Shown here: positions 1 to 7,955 of the stretch, piece after piece | Layout of the letters: every line of letters starts with the position of its first letter | Numbering within the stretch: the first letter of the stretch is position 1 | Assembly: GCA_035430005.1 (NCBI GenBank) | Contig: DAOMFV010000012.1 | Coordinates: 591 to 64,590, forward strand | Length of the DNA stretch: 64,000 nucleotides | Direction: 5' to 3' | DNA from: Gemmatales bacterium | GTDB lineage: Bacteria; Planctomycetota; Planctomycetia; Gemmatales; HRBIN36 | Made by a program: the position numbers and the translations under genes | The notes under the pieces: generated by a model | What the model saw: the letters and a program-made list of their open reading frames with translations, nothing else | What the model was told of the DNA's origin: nothing | Database searches by the model: none

Positions 1-73
1 ATGAGAGGTACTATAGTCGAATTGTGTTAATGTGAGCAAGCTGTACAAGGAAAGTGAAGCTCATCATTCTTTC

Positions 74-1087
74 TTACCCCCCAATCGCATGCATCGTCCG
101 GCTCGGCTTCACAAACTTGGCTGTGTTAATCTCGTGCCCTTCCCACTTGTTGGCGACGTTGCGGCGGATGACATTGGTCAGGGCTGCTTCATCCACGACA
201 TCGGCACGCAGCAACGGTTTGACATCATCCTCTTCCAGTGCAAACAGGCAGTGCCGCAGTTTGCCATCAGCAGTCAGCCGAATGCGGTTACAGCTTTTGC
301 AGAACGGTCGGGAGACGCTGGCAATCATACCAAGCCGGCCAACGCCATCGCTGTACTTGAACTCCATCGCCGGGTTTCGGGGATCGTAGTCATCAGCGGG
401 GAGCAACGGGCCGAAGGCTTCTTCGAGTTGATCGATGATCTCATGGGCGAAGTAACATTTCTTTCGTTCCCAACTCTCCGCACCAATGGGCATGTATTCG
501 ATGTAGCGCATCTCCAGCCCATGCTCCCGACCGAAGCGGGCCAGGGGCACTACGTCCATATCGTTGATGCCACGGATGATGACTGCGTTGATCTTGATGC
601 GATCGAAGCCTGCCTTCTCGGCACATTCGATACCACGCAGTACCAGGTCCAACCCCGTTCGGCGGGAGAGTTGTTCAAAGCGCTGTGGGTCGAGGGTATC
701 GAGACTCAGGTTGATGCGATGCACACCCGACTGGAAAAGAGCATCCGCCTGTTGAGCGAGCAACAGGCCATTGGTGGTCAGGCCGATATCATCAATGCCG
801 GGAATGTCGCGCAGCATCTCAGCCAGGCGGTAGAGGTCTTTGCGAAGCAGCGGTTCGCCACCAGTCAAACGGAGCTTGTTCACCCCCAACGGGGCAGCGA
901 CACGAACGAACCGGGCGATCTCTTCGAAGGTCAGCAGCTCGCCTTTATCGAGGAACGTCACATCCTCCGGCATGCAGTAAACACAGCGGAGATTGCAGCG
1001 ATCGGTCACACTGATGCGCAGATTATTGTGAACACGCCCGAAGGTATCGATCAAGCGGGCATCCTTTTCAATCATCTGGATCGACAT
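74..1087 (-). CDS. moaA: GTP 3',8-cyclase MoaA (radical-SAM, molybdenum cofactor biosynthesis)
   Basis: 337-aa ORF. It has the radical-SAM cluster motif CNLRCVYCMPE near the N-terminus and the C-terminal second-cluster region CKSCNRIRLTADGKLRHCLF, both typical of MoaA. Confidence 0.9.
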   Translation of the reverse strand: MSIQMIEKDARLIDTFGRVHNNLRISVTDRCNLRCVYCMPEDVTFLDKGELLTFEEIARFVRVAAPLGVNKLRLTGGEPLLRKDLYRLAEMLRDIPGIDDIGLTTNGLLLAQQADALFQSGVHRINLSLDTLDPQRFEQLSRRTGLDLVLRGIECAEKAGFDRIKINAVIIRGINDMDVVPLARFGREHGLEMRYIEYMPIGAESWERKKCYFAHEIIDQLEEAFGPLLPADDYDPRNPAMEFKYSDGVGRLGMIASVSRPFCKSCNRIRLTADGKLRHCLFALEEDDVKPLLRADVVDEAALTNVIRRNVANKWEGHEINTAKFVKPSRTMHAIGG

Positions 1088-1251
1088 AAGTTCCTGAATC
1101 GTAGCGGTTTACGCTACCCGCCTTGGTCTTCTTGGAGTACCAGTCTACATCCCGGCAGTGAAATCGAACATGCTTGTTGCCGGGGTTATTGCTCTTTCTA
1201 TACTAACTGACCGGTCGATATTCTGCGCCGGAAGAGTTTCGGAGTACGGTC

Positions 1252-1419
1252 ATGGCCAAAGACAAGAACGTTCGCGGGATCATCAAGCTGCAAAGCACCG
1301 AAAGTAATCACGCTTATTATACCGAGAAGAATCGCCGTAACGTTACCGAGAAACTGGAGGTTCGCAAGTACGACCCGACCCTCCGCAAGCATGTGCTTTA
1401 CAAAGAAGGCAAGATGTAA
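1252..1419 (+). CDS. rpmG: 50S ribosomal protein L33 (Cys-less form)
   Basis: 55-aa ORF below the ORF-track cutoff, translated by hand: [55 protein letters not shown]. It fits the L33 pattern (KNxRN...LExxKYxPxxRKHxxxKExK). There is no CxxC zinc knuckle. Confidence 0.85.
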   Translation: MAKDKNVRGIIKLQSTESNHAYYTEKNRRNVTEKLEVRKYDPTLRKHVLYKEGKM

Positions 1420-1503
1420 CCAGCCCCATTGATGGGGAGGGCGAGGCTCTCACCGAGCCGTTGTTGATACCAGACACACAATCAGACAGATTCAGGTGCG
1501 ACG

Positions 1504-1773
1504 ATGAAACCCAAGATTCACCCCGACTATCGTGACGTGATCTTCAAGGATACCGCAGCGAACTTCGCTTTTATGAGCCGTTCGACGGTCAAGACCAAAG
1601 ACACGATCCAGTGGGAAGATGGCAAGACCTACCCGTTGATCAAGCTCGACATTTCGAGCGCCAGCCATCCGTTCTTCACCGGTAAGATGAAGCTGCTCGA
1701 TTCCGCAGGCCAGATCGATCGCTTCAACAAGCGTTTCAAAGGCACTTACGGTAAGAAAGAAGAAAAGAAGTAA
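1504..1773 (+). CDS. rpmE: 50S ribosomal protein L31, type B (Cys-less)
   Basis: 89-aa ORF starting MKPKIHPDYRDV... and containing ...SHPFFTGK, a classical L31 signature. It has no Cys residues and a long C-terminus, as in type B L31. Confidence 0.9.
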   Translation: MKPKIHPDYRDVIFKDTAANFAFMSRSTVKTKDTIQWEDGKTYPLIKLDISSASHPFFTGKMKLLDSAGQIDRFNKRFKGTYGKKEEKK

Positions 1774-1840
1774 GTCCAGCGACTGCTGGATGATGTCAGA
1801 GAACAACACAACCGAGAGCGGTTGATGAGGAGCAAGAGCG

Positions 1841-2026
1841 ATGGGCAGTATCAAGCGATATGGTGGCAGCCGACCAGAAACCCGGGCTATGAAGCGACGC
1901 AAGATCGCCCGCCGTCTGGACCGGGCAGCACTCCGCAAGACCCCGAACAAGCTGGGTATTCCTCCCCAGGCCAATCTGCTCCGTAAGCAGATTCGTCTGG
2001 CGTTGGCTCAGGTTGGCACTGAGTAG
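1841..2026 (+). CDS. small basic hypothetical protein (doubtful)
   Basis: 61-aa Arg/Lys-rich ORF between rpmE and a strong terminator hairpin. I recognised no family. Confidence 0.2.
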   Translation: MGSIKRYGGSRPETRAMKRRKIARRLDRAALRKTPNKLGIPPQANLLRKQIRLALAQVGTE

Positions 2027-2056
2027 ATAACGCTGTTTTGTATGATATTCCAAAGC

Positions 2057-2090
2057 AACACCGCCCGAAACGTCCGGGCGGTGTTTCGTT
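2057..2090. terminator. Rho-independent-type hairpin between convergent genes
   Basis: The 11-bp stem AACACCGCCCG (2057-2067) pairs with CGGGCGGTGTT (2075-2085) around a 7-nt loop, followed by TCGTTTCC. It lies between the + strand rpmE unit and the stop of the - strand gene at 2097. Confidence 0.6.
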
Positions 2091-2096
2091 TCCTGT

Positions 2097-3446
2097 CTAC
2101 GCAGCTAGTTTAGTCTCGCTCCGCTCTATGTTGCCAACCACTGCCTTCTGCTGGGCGCGCAGTTGGCTGAGCGCCACCGCACAGCCTGCCAGCAATAGCA
2201 AGGTCTTGATGGTGACAGCTCCGTAGTACAAGCTGACCCGTGCCACATACTCGCCCCACCAGGTCAAGGCGATGAAGCCAATCAGGTTGGCAACGATGAA
2301 CAACGTGCCTATCGCCTTGCTTCGCTGCTCCCACGCTACCTTCGCCAGCATCATGCCGGGCAGGATCAGGATGCAGAAATGCGACTTGCTCGAAACTGGC
2401 GAAAAGAGCACCATCAGCATCAGCACCATGCTGTACTCCAGCCCCGGCTCATACGAGAAGATCGGAGCCGTGGTAGTGCCCTTGAAGCTGCCCCCTCGCC
2501 AGAACCCCAGGACGCAGATGGCCAGCAGCACTGCTTGAACTCCGAGCAAACCCAGCTTATAGACCATCGGGGGCAGAGCCGGCGTCAGGTTGATCAACTG
2601 CATCGATCCGTTCGACCAGGTCCAATCGTAAAGGAACATCCGGCTCATCATGCCGGCCAGAGCCTGGTTGTAATAGACGAGCGTTCCCCAACTGCCTGGT
2701 GTGTAGTTGGGATTCTGGAATTGCACGAGGTAGGTATTGATCCAACCCCCCAGCCAGGTGCTCGCTGTGGGACATTGGCTGATCAGATCAGGCAGAAGAT
2801 TGATGCCCACAGCCACTGCAATCATCCAGAGAGTAGCCAGCCACTGTCGATGCCAGAGTAGATAGAGACAAAAGAGAAACGGCGTGGCTTTCAGCCCGGC
2901 AGCGATGCCGAACATCGCAGCAGCCAGGAGTACCCGTCGAGACGACATAGCCACACAGCCTGCGATCATGAAGACAGCTTCGACGAGATCGGTCGCCTGG
3001 TTCGAGAGACCATTGAAGACATAGAAGATGCCCGTGAGAATACCGGCCAGCCAGATGAAATGGTTGGCAGTGAACTTCGTCACCGGTTCGAGTTTGAGGC
3101 CACCTGCCAGTTTCCACATCCACTGGCACAGCAGCACCAGGCACACGACATTGAGCATCCACCATGCCACTTGCTGCCCCCAGGCGGGAAGAGCCAGAAA
3201 CGGGACGATCAGCAGCGCTCGAGCCGGTGGGTAGGCAAAACCAAGCTTGTGTTCATACATGTCCTTGCCATGCACCATTTGATCGGCTGCACGGACATAT
3301 AGTTCAGTCCACGGAGAGTTCGGAGACGCCAGGTAGGTGACCAGGTATCCCAGCATGATGCAACTGGTGATCAAAGTAATCGGATGAGTGCGCAGCCAGT
3401 TGAGGATGCGAGACAACGGCGTGGTCGACACGGTGGTAAGATTCAT
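2097..3446 (-). CDS. polytopic membrane glycosyltransferase, GT87/DUF2029-like
   Basis: Multi-TM ORF with an early FAYPPARALLIVPF motif, reminiscent of DUF2029 mannosyltransferase-like proteins. The start is placed at ATG 3446 (MNLTTVS...) rather than at the TTG at 3503. Confidence 0.55.
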   Translation of the reverse strand: MNLTTVSTTPLSRILNWLRTHPITLITSCIMLGYLVTYLASPNSPWTELYVRAADQMVHGKDMYEHKLGFAYPPARALLIVPFLALPAWGQQVAWWMLNVVCLVLLCQWMWKLAGGLKLEPVTKFTANHFIWLAGILTGIFYVFNGLSNQATDLVEAVFMIAGCVAMSSRRVLLAAAMFGIAAGLKATPFLFCLYLLWHRQWLATLWMIAVAVGINLLPDLISQCPTASTWLGGWINTYLVQFQNPNYTPGSWGTLVYYNQALAGMMSRMFLYDWTWSNGSMQLINLTPALPPMVYKLGLLGVQAVLLAICVLGFWRGGSFKGTTTAPIFSYEPGLEYSMVLMLMVLFSPVSSKSHFCILILPGMMLAKVAWEQRSKAIGTLFIVANLIGFIALTWWGEYVARVSLYYGAVTIKTLLLLAGCAVALSQLRAQQKAVVGNIERSETKLAA

Positions 3447-3512
3447 TGTAGGGGTACCTGAATTTTGGTACCACTTCTTACCGCAATAGGTAATTTTGCA
3501 CAACCGCAGCCT

Positions 3513-3605
3513 GTAGACGCGGCTTCCAGCCGCGTCAGCGGAGATATGATCATAGTTCGAACAGGTAACTTAGTTACTGCTGACGCGGCTGGAAGCCGCG
3601 TCTAC
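3513..3605. repeat. 27-bp perfect inverted repeat with internally palindromic arms
   Basis: GTAGACGCGGCTTCCAGCCGCGTCAGC (3513-3539) and its exact reverse complement (3579-3605). Each arm is itself a hairpin (GACGCGGCT/AGCCGCGTC). The centre contains the palindrome GTAACTTAGTTAC. Confidence 0.9.
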
Positions 3606-3608
3606 TGG

Positions 3609-4217
3609 TCATGCCGCTTTTCGCAACACTGCTTCTGTCACTGCTGATCTTGTTGACTTTTTCGGCAACACTGCCCGCATCACCGAACTGGCGGCAACGC
3701 CGATCGCGGCGAACGCCATGAAAGGGTCGAAAAGGGCGTCCCAGAGGTTTTGGCTACCCGTCATCCCACAGGCAAAGCTCACCACGCCGATCAGCCAGGC
3801 GAGAGCAAGTGCCGGTTGTGTCTGCCAGGCCCAGAACATCAGGAGCCCCACGCCAATAAGAAGCCACTGGGGTTCGTATCCCCAGCCATAGAGGTCAAAC
3901 GTCAGGTAGCCAAGCGTCGAAGCGTACAAGGGTAGCAGAATCGCCAACAACACCCCCCCGACCTGGCCCCGGATTGGCTGATGCGTGCTGAACGGTTTCA
4001 AAAAGGTTCGACCATAGATCACGCACAACAACACCAGCGAGGCGACGCTCAGATCACCCACTACACCACGTACATAGTAGACCACCGAATGGCCGTTCCA
4101 GGGTACGAGCAAGATCACTAACGATACGCACAAATAAACCAACAGAGCCAGGCGCGACGCCCCGAATCGCTGTATCAGTGGCACCGGCAACCCAGCCATC
4201 AAGAGTGCCAGGCCCAT
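3609..4217 (-). CDS. integral membrane protein, unknown function
   Basis: Hydrophobic multi-TM ORF. ATG 4217 (MGLALLMAG...) is preferred because the longer start at 4277 would overlap the upstream gene's end. Confidence 0.5.
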   Translation of the reverse strand: MGLALLMAGLPVPLIQRFGASRLALLVYLCVSLVILLVPWNGHSVVYYVRGVVGDLSVASLVLLCVIYGRTFLKPFSTHQPIRGQVGGVLLAILLPLYASTLGYLTFDLYGWGYEPQWLLIGVGLLMFWAWQTQPALALAWLIGVVSFACGMTGSQNLWDALFDPFMAFAAIGVAASSVMRAVLPKKSTRSAVTEAVLRKAA

Positions 4218-4230
4218 AAAGCTGATGATC

Positions 4231-5373
4231 TCAGTCACGCAACTGCTCCTTGACCCATTGGGTGTTGAAGCGTGCATGACTGATCCCCCGTCGATGCCAG
4301 GTGTAGATCAGATCAATGGTGTCGCCCTGGATGACGAGCGTGGGATAGGAAAACTCGATATCGGGCTGGCTGGGGGTGCGCTCAATCTGATCAAGAACCT
4401 TGATGTCATGCCAGTCGATGCCATTCCTGGACGCAGCGAATGTGATGATCTCTCGATCAAAGGTTGGATTGTAGGCCATGATGAAGCAGTCAGCAGCGAG
4501 TCGCACCGCTGCCACCGGGCTATCGAGGTTCTTCACTGCAAGTGTTGCCGGTGCCGTCCAGGTGCGTCCGCCATCACTGGTCTTCTGATACCGGAGATGG
4601 GGATCTTCTTCAAAGAGTCGATTGCGTTCGTAAGCATAAGCTTCGGTGGGACTAGTGGGAACCATGCAGGCCTGGATGACGCCATGCTCGCCGGTCATAC
4701 GTACTTTGCGTACCATCTCGCCACGGGCATCGAACTCCAGGGTTTCGGGGAACTTGTTCGTCAGTTCATAGTAGACGGGCAACAAGAATCCACCGCTCTC
4801 CAGTGGCACCGCCGGGCTGCGAACGAGCGTGCTAATGTTGATGAGCGGCGTTGTCAGCAGCCTCTTGATGGGCGACCAGGTCTTTCCATCATCAGTGGAT
4901 GTCATCTGGTTCAGGCTACTGCACGACCAGCCAAAGTAGCCCACTGTGACAAAGAACAGATGCAACCTGCCCTGGGCATCTCGGTAGAGGGAACTGTTTC
5001 CTACACGGCGGGTATATCGCCGAGTCGCCTCGCCAACATCTTGCGGTGTGAGGAGCAAGCAGGGTTCTTCCCAGCTACCGTTGCGAAAGCGGGTCTGATA
5101 GAGTTTGACATCGAGTGTCGATTCGGAACTACCGCCGTAGTAGACCATGAAGAGTTCATGGCCTGGCAGCGCGACCACCGAGGAGCCATGTATCTGCTTG
5201 ACACCCTCAGGCCGCCATGCCATGTGTGATTCAAAGCGGGCAGTCGAGGATGACGGAATCTCCTTCTGGATGATGAGGAAACGAGGTTCTGCCCGAACCG
5301 GTCGCCAACTGGCGGCGAGCGCTATCACCGTGGCCAGCGTAAACAGAATGGTTCCCCAGGACTTTGATCGCAC
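4231..5373 (-). CDS. BNR-repeat (sialidase-fold) glycoside hydrolase-like secreted protein
   Basis: It has Asp-box/BNR motifs STDDGKTWS and TSDGGRTWT and an N-terminal signal-like segment. The GTG start at 5373 is preceded by AAGGAGG with 5-nt spacing. The TTG start at 5412 would run into a repeat element. Confidence 0.75.
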   Translation of the reverse strand: MRSKSWGTILFTLATVIALAASWRPVRAEPRFLIIQKEIPSSSTARFESHMAWRPEGVKQIHGSSVVALPGHELFMVYYGGSSESTLDVKLYQTRFRNGSWEEPCLLLTPQDVGEATRRYTRRVGNSSLYRDAQGRLHLFFVTVGYFGWSCSSLNQMTSTDDGKTWSPIKRLLTTPLINISTLVRSPAVPLESGGFLLPVYYELTNKFPETLEFDARGEMVRKVRMTGEHGVIQACMVPTSPTEAYAYERNRLFEEDPHLRYQKTSDGGRTWTAPATLAVKNLDSPVAAVRLAADCFIMAYNPTFDREIITFAASRNGIDWHDIKVLDQIERTPSQPDIEFSYPTLVIQGDTIDLIYTWHRRGISHARFNTQWVKEQLRD

Positions 5374-5396
5374 ACATGCCTCCTTGCATGTATTCT

Positions 5397-5483
5397 TCTC
5401 TCCCCTTTCCAAGGGGGAGTTGGAGGGGGTAAATACTCAGGGTAGAAGAACCCCACCCAACCTCCCCTTGGTAAGGGGAGGAG
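5397..5483. repeat. PAL-B double-hairpin repeat (long form)
   Basis: It contains two hairpins, CTCCCC-N7-GGGGAG and CCTCCCCTT-GG-TAAGGGGAGG. Its outer ~33-nt ends recur in reverse-complement orientation at 51810-51897. Confidence 0.85.
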
Positions 5484-5502
5484 CAATAACGGGCGAAGTC
5501 TA

Positions 5503-6498
5503 TCACGGAACGGGCAAACTACTCAAGATGTCCTGAATCACCCGGTCGCTGGTGACATCATCGGCTTCTGCTTCATAACTCATGAGGATGCGATGCCTGA
5601 GGACATCGGGGGCCACCGACTTGACATCCTGTGGCGTGACAAAATGGCGGCCAGCCAGGAATGCCTGAGCCTTGGCAGCCAGGGCTAACGAGATGGTGCC
5701 ACGAGGGCTGGCGCCGAACTGGATTAAGTGGGCCAAAGATAGACCGAACTGGGCCGGCTTGCGGGTCGCATGCACCACATCGACGATGTACTTCTCCACT
5801 TTGGTATCTAGATACATGCGATCGATTGCTGCGGAGAGCTGATGTAACACCGGTTCCGACAGTACTGCAGTGGACGTGGGCGGTGGAGCGATCCGGGCCA
5901 TCCGCTGCAGGATCGATTGCTCTTCCTCCGCGGTGGGGTAATCGAGCTTGAGCTTCATCAGGAAGCGATCAGCCTGGGCCTCAGCGAGGGGATAGGTGCC
6001 CTCATGTTCGATGGGGTTCTGCGTGGCCAGCACCAGAAAGGGTTTGGGAAGAGTGTGGGTCACGTCGCCGATAGTGACTTGCCCTTCCTGCATGGCTTCG
6101 AGGAGAGCGCTCTGCACTTTGGCTGGGGCGCGGTTGATTTCATCAGCCAGCACGATGTGGGCGAAGATGGGGCCCTTCTTGACCGTGAACTCGCCGGAGC
6201 GGGGATTGTAAATCTGGGTCCCCACGATGTCGGCGGGCAGTAGATCGGGAGTGAACTGAATGCGGCTGAAACTCAGATGCAGGCACGAGGCGAGTGTGCG
6301 AGCAGCCAGGGTCTTGGCCAAGCCCGGAACGCCTTCCAGGAGCAGGTGACCTCCAACGAGCAAACCTTCGACCATTCGTTCCAGCACAGCCCGCTGGCCG
6401 ACCATCACTTTGCCGATCTCGGCATAGAGCGGATCGAGGAGGGTACGAAGTTGCTTGAGTTCATCGACGGTGAGATGGGGTGGGGTATCTTCGGGCAT
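5503..6498 (-). CDS. MoxR-family AAA+ ATPase
   Basis: Walker A motif GVPGLAKT, Walker B motif LADEINR, and an overall MoxR-like sequence. The start is placed at ATG 6498 (MPEDTPP...) because the longer ORF start lies inside a palindromic repeat. Confidence 0.9.
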   Translation of the reverse strand: MPEDTPPHLTVDELKQLRTLLDPLYAEIGKVMVGQRAVLERMVEGLLVGGHLLLEGVPGLAKTLAARTLASCLHLSFSRIQFTPDLLPADIVGTQIYNPRSGEFTVKKGPIFAHIVLADEINRAPAKVQSALLEAMQEGQVTIGDVTHTLPKPFLVLATQNPIEHEGTYPLAEAQADRFLMKLKLDYPTAEEEQSILQRMARIAPPPTSTAVLSEPVLHQLSAAIDRMYLDTKVEKYIVDVVHATRKPAQFGLSLAHLIQFGASPRGTISLALAAKAQAFLAGRHFVTPQDVKSVAPDVLRHRILMSYEAEADDVTSDRVIQDILSSLPVP

Positions 6499-6532
6499 AT
6501 CGTGGATGCTTTGCTGGCTATGTATTCGTGTG

Positions 6533-6607
6533 ATACCAGCCCGACGCGCTAGCGAGGGAGGCCTTGGCGATTGCACGCGCTCCCTCGCTAGCGCGTCGGG
6601 CTGGTAT
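6533..6607. repeat. PAL-A palindromic element, copy 1
   Basis: The arm ATACCAGCCCGACGCGCTAGCGAGGG pairs with CCCTCGCTAGCGCGTCGGGCTGGTAT around a ~23-nt core (AGGCCTTGGCGATTGCACGCGCT). Confidence 0.9.
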
Positions 6608-6684
6608 GGTGCATAGTTGATATTACACGAAGCAGTGGGGACGAACGAGGGAAATGATTTGCTTTTGAGCTATATCATAGCCTC

Positions 6685-7773
6685 ATGGCTGAAGCATCAC
6701 GTCATCAGGGCATCCTGCACGCCTTCGTCGCTTTCGACTGGGGCGATAGTCTCGATTTGGAAAGAGCCAGGCTGTTGCAGCCCGCTGAGTTGCATGCACT
6801 GCCTCGACGAAGGCGGACGCCCAGTTCTTTCAACTTTCACCCGGCACCATTACGAACGCACCTACCGGAAGTGAGGCTGGCACTGCCGGAGATTGGTGAT
6901 TGCCATGCCGAAGCGGTGGCGACCCTCTTCGATTTCGCCGCGGTGAGCCTTGATCTCAATGTGCCTTTTGATCTCGATGCTTCGGGCATGGTGAAGCTGG
7001 CTGGCTGGCTTGCTGATCCGTTGCAGATAGTCGCAGTCGCTCGCTCCGCACTCATGCCGTTATATCAGCGTCTCAAGCCCGCCATTCGCTCACCCTCCTG
7101 GCATGATACCATGGTGGAGGAATACTTCGTTTTCCAGATGACCGATGGAACAGGCAATGCCAGGGATTGGCTTGCCGGCAATAATAACTGGCTGGGCAAT
7201 GTCCTTCGGCTGGAGCATGAGCCGTTGAGTGAAGACGAAACGGCAGATGCACTCAGACTGCGGTTGAGCTATTCCCCGGAAGATGTGTTTGTCCCCGATT
7301 GGGGCGCGGCCATCCTGCGTGATCATGACTGCGAGGAGACGCTGCAAGCCATCGAGTTCGCCAACCTGCAACTGCTTGAGTTACGCCATATCGATGATCG
7401 GCTCGATAGCATTCTGCTCGAAACGGAGAAGATCTTTGCGAAGGGGAGCCCAAGAATACTTCCCTGGCATGGGCCATCGCAGAAGCAGAAGTTGCTGGGC
7501 GAGATGAGCGTTGAAGCGAGCACGCTCTTTGAACGCTCCACCAACGCTCTCAAACTGGTGGGCGACACCTACCTGGCGCGCATCTATCGATTGCTGGCTG
7601 AACGCTTTCGCCTTTCGACATGGGAGACGGGCATTCAGCGGAAGCTCGACACCCTGGAAGGCATCTACGAAGTGGTGACCGACCGGGCGGAGGCAGCCCG
7701 TTCGACAGCTTTGGAATTGATCGTGATCGCACTCATTGCGGTGGAGTTGATCCTGGCGTTTGTACGTCACTAG
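6685..7773 (+). CDS. hypothetical protein with C-terminal TM helix (possibly DUF155/RMD1-like)
   Basis: 362-aa ORF with coding-like composition. The terminal segment ALELIVIALIAVELILAFV resembles the C-terminal helix of DUF155 proteins. This assignment is tentative. Confidence 0.55.
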   Translation: MAEASRHQGILHAFVAFDWGDSLDLERARLLQPAELHALPRRRRTPSSFNFHPAPLRTHLPEVRLALPEIGDCHAEAVATLFDFAAVSLDLNVPFDLDASGMVKLAGWLADPLQIVAVARSALMPLYQRLKPAIRSPSWHDTMVEEYFVFQMTDGTGNARDWLAGNNNWLGNVLRLEHEPLSEDETADALRLRLSYSPEDVFVPDWGAAILRDHDCEETLQAIEFANLQLLELRHIDDRLDSILLETEKIFAKGSPRILPWHGPSQKQKLLGEMSVEASTLFERSTNALKLVGDTYLARIYRLLAERFRLSTWETGIQRKLDTLEGIYEVVTDRAEAARSTALELIVIALIAVELILAFVRH

Positions 7774-7779
7774 TTTTTA

Positions 7780-7879
7780 GTGGCAGCGGTCAGAGGTACT
7801 CCTCTGCCCCCTGCTGCGCTCCCAGGGTCGATGAGCCATGCAGCAGGGGGCACAATGAGTACATTGTGACCCCTGCCAC
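7780..7879. repeat. PAL-C nested-hairpin element, copy 1
   Basis: GTGGCAG...TGCCCCCTGCTGC...GCAGCAGGGGGCA...GAGTACA..TGACCCCTGCCAC. The inner and outer arms are complementary. A second copy lies at 28604-28698. Confidence 0.85.
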
Positions 7880-7955
7880 ACCATACATCAATTTTTTGAT
7901 TGATTACCAAGTCATTTCCGGTTCAACTGAGGCCTACTCTCCGAGGTAGCCTGCC

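Noticed and set aside
32-1210. 392-aa ORF on the + strand
   Set aside because: It is entirely antisense to the well-supported moaA gene. It has low-complexity GC-driven composition and no motifs. This is a typical shadow ORF of a GC-rich genome.
5503-6498. MoxR as the missing NTPase of the vWA/pseudo-caspase operon at 42-52 kb
   Set aside because: The two are about 36 kb apart and separated by many unrelated housekeeping genes. There is no evidence for linkage from sequence alone.
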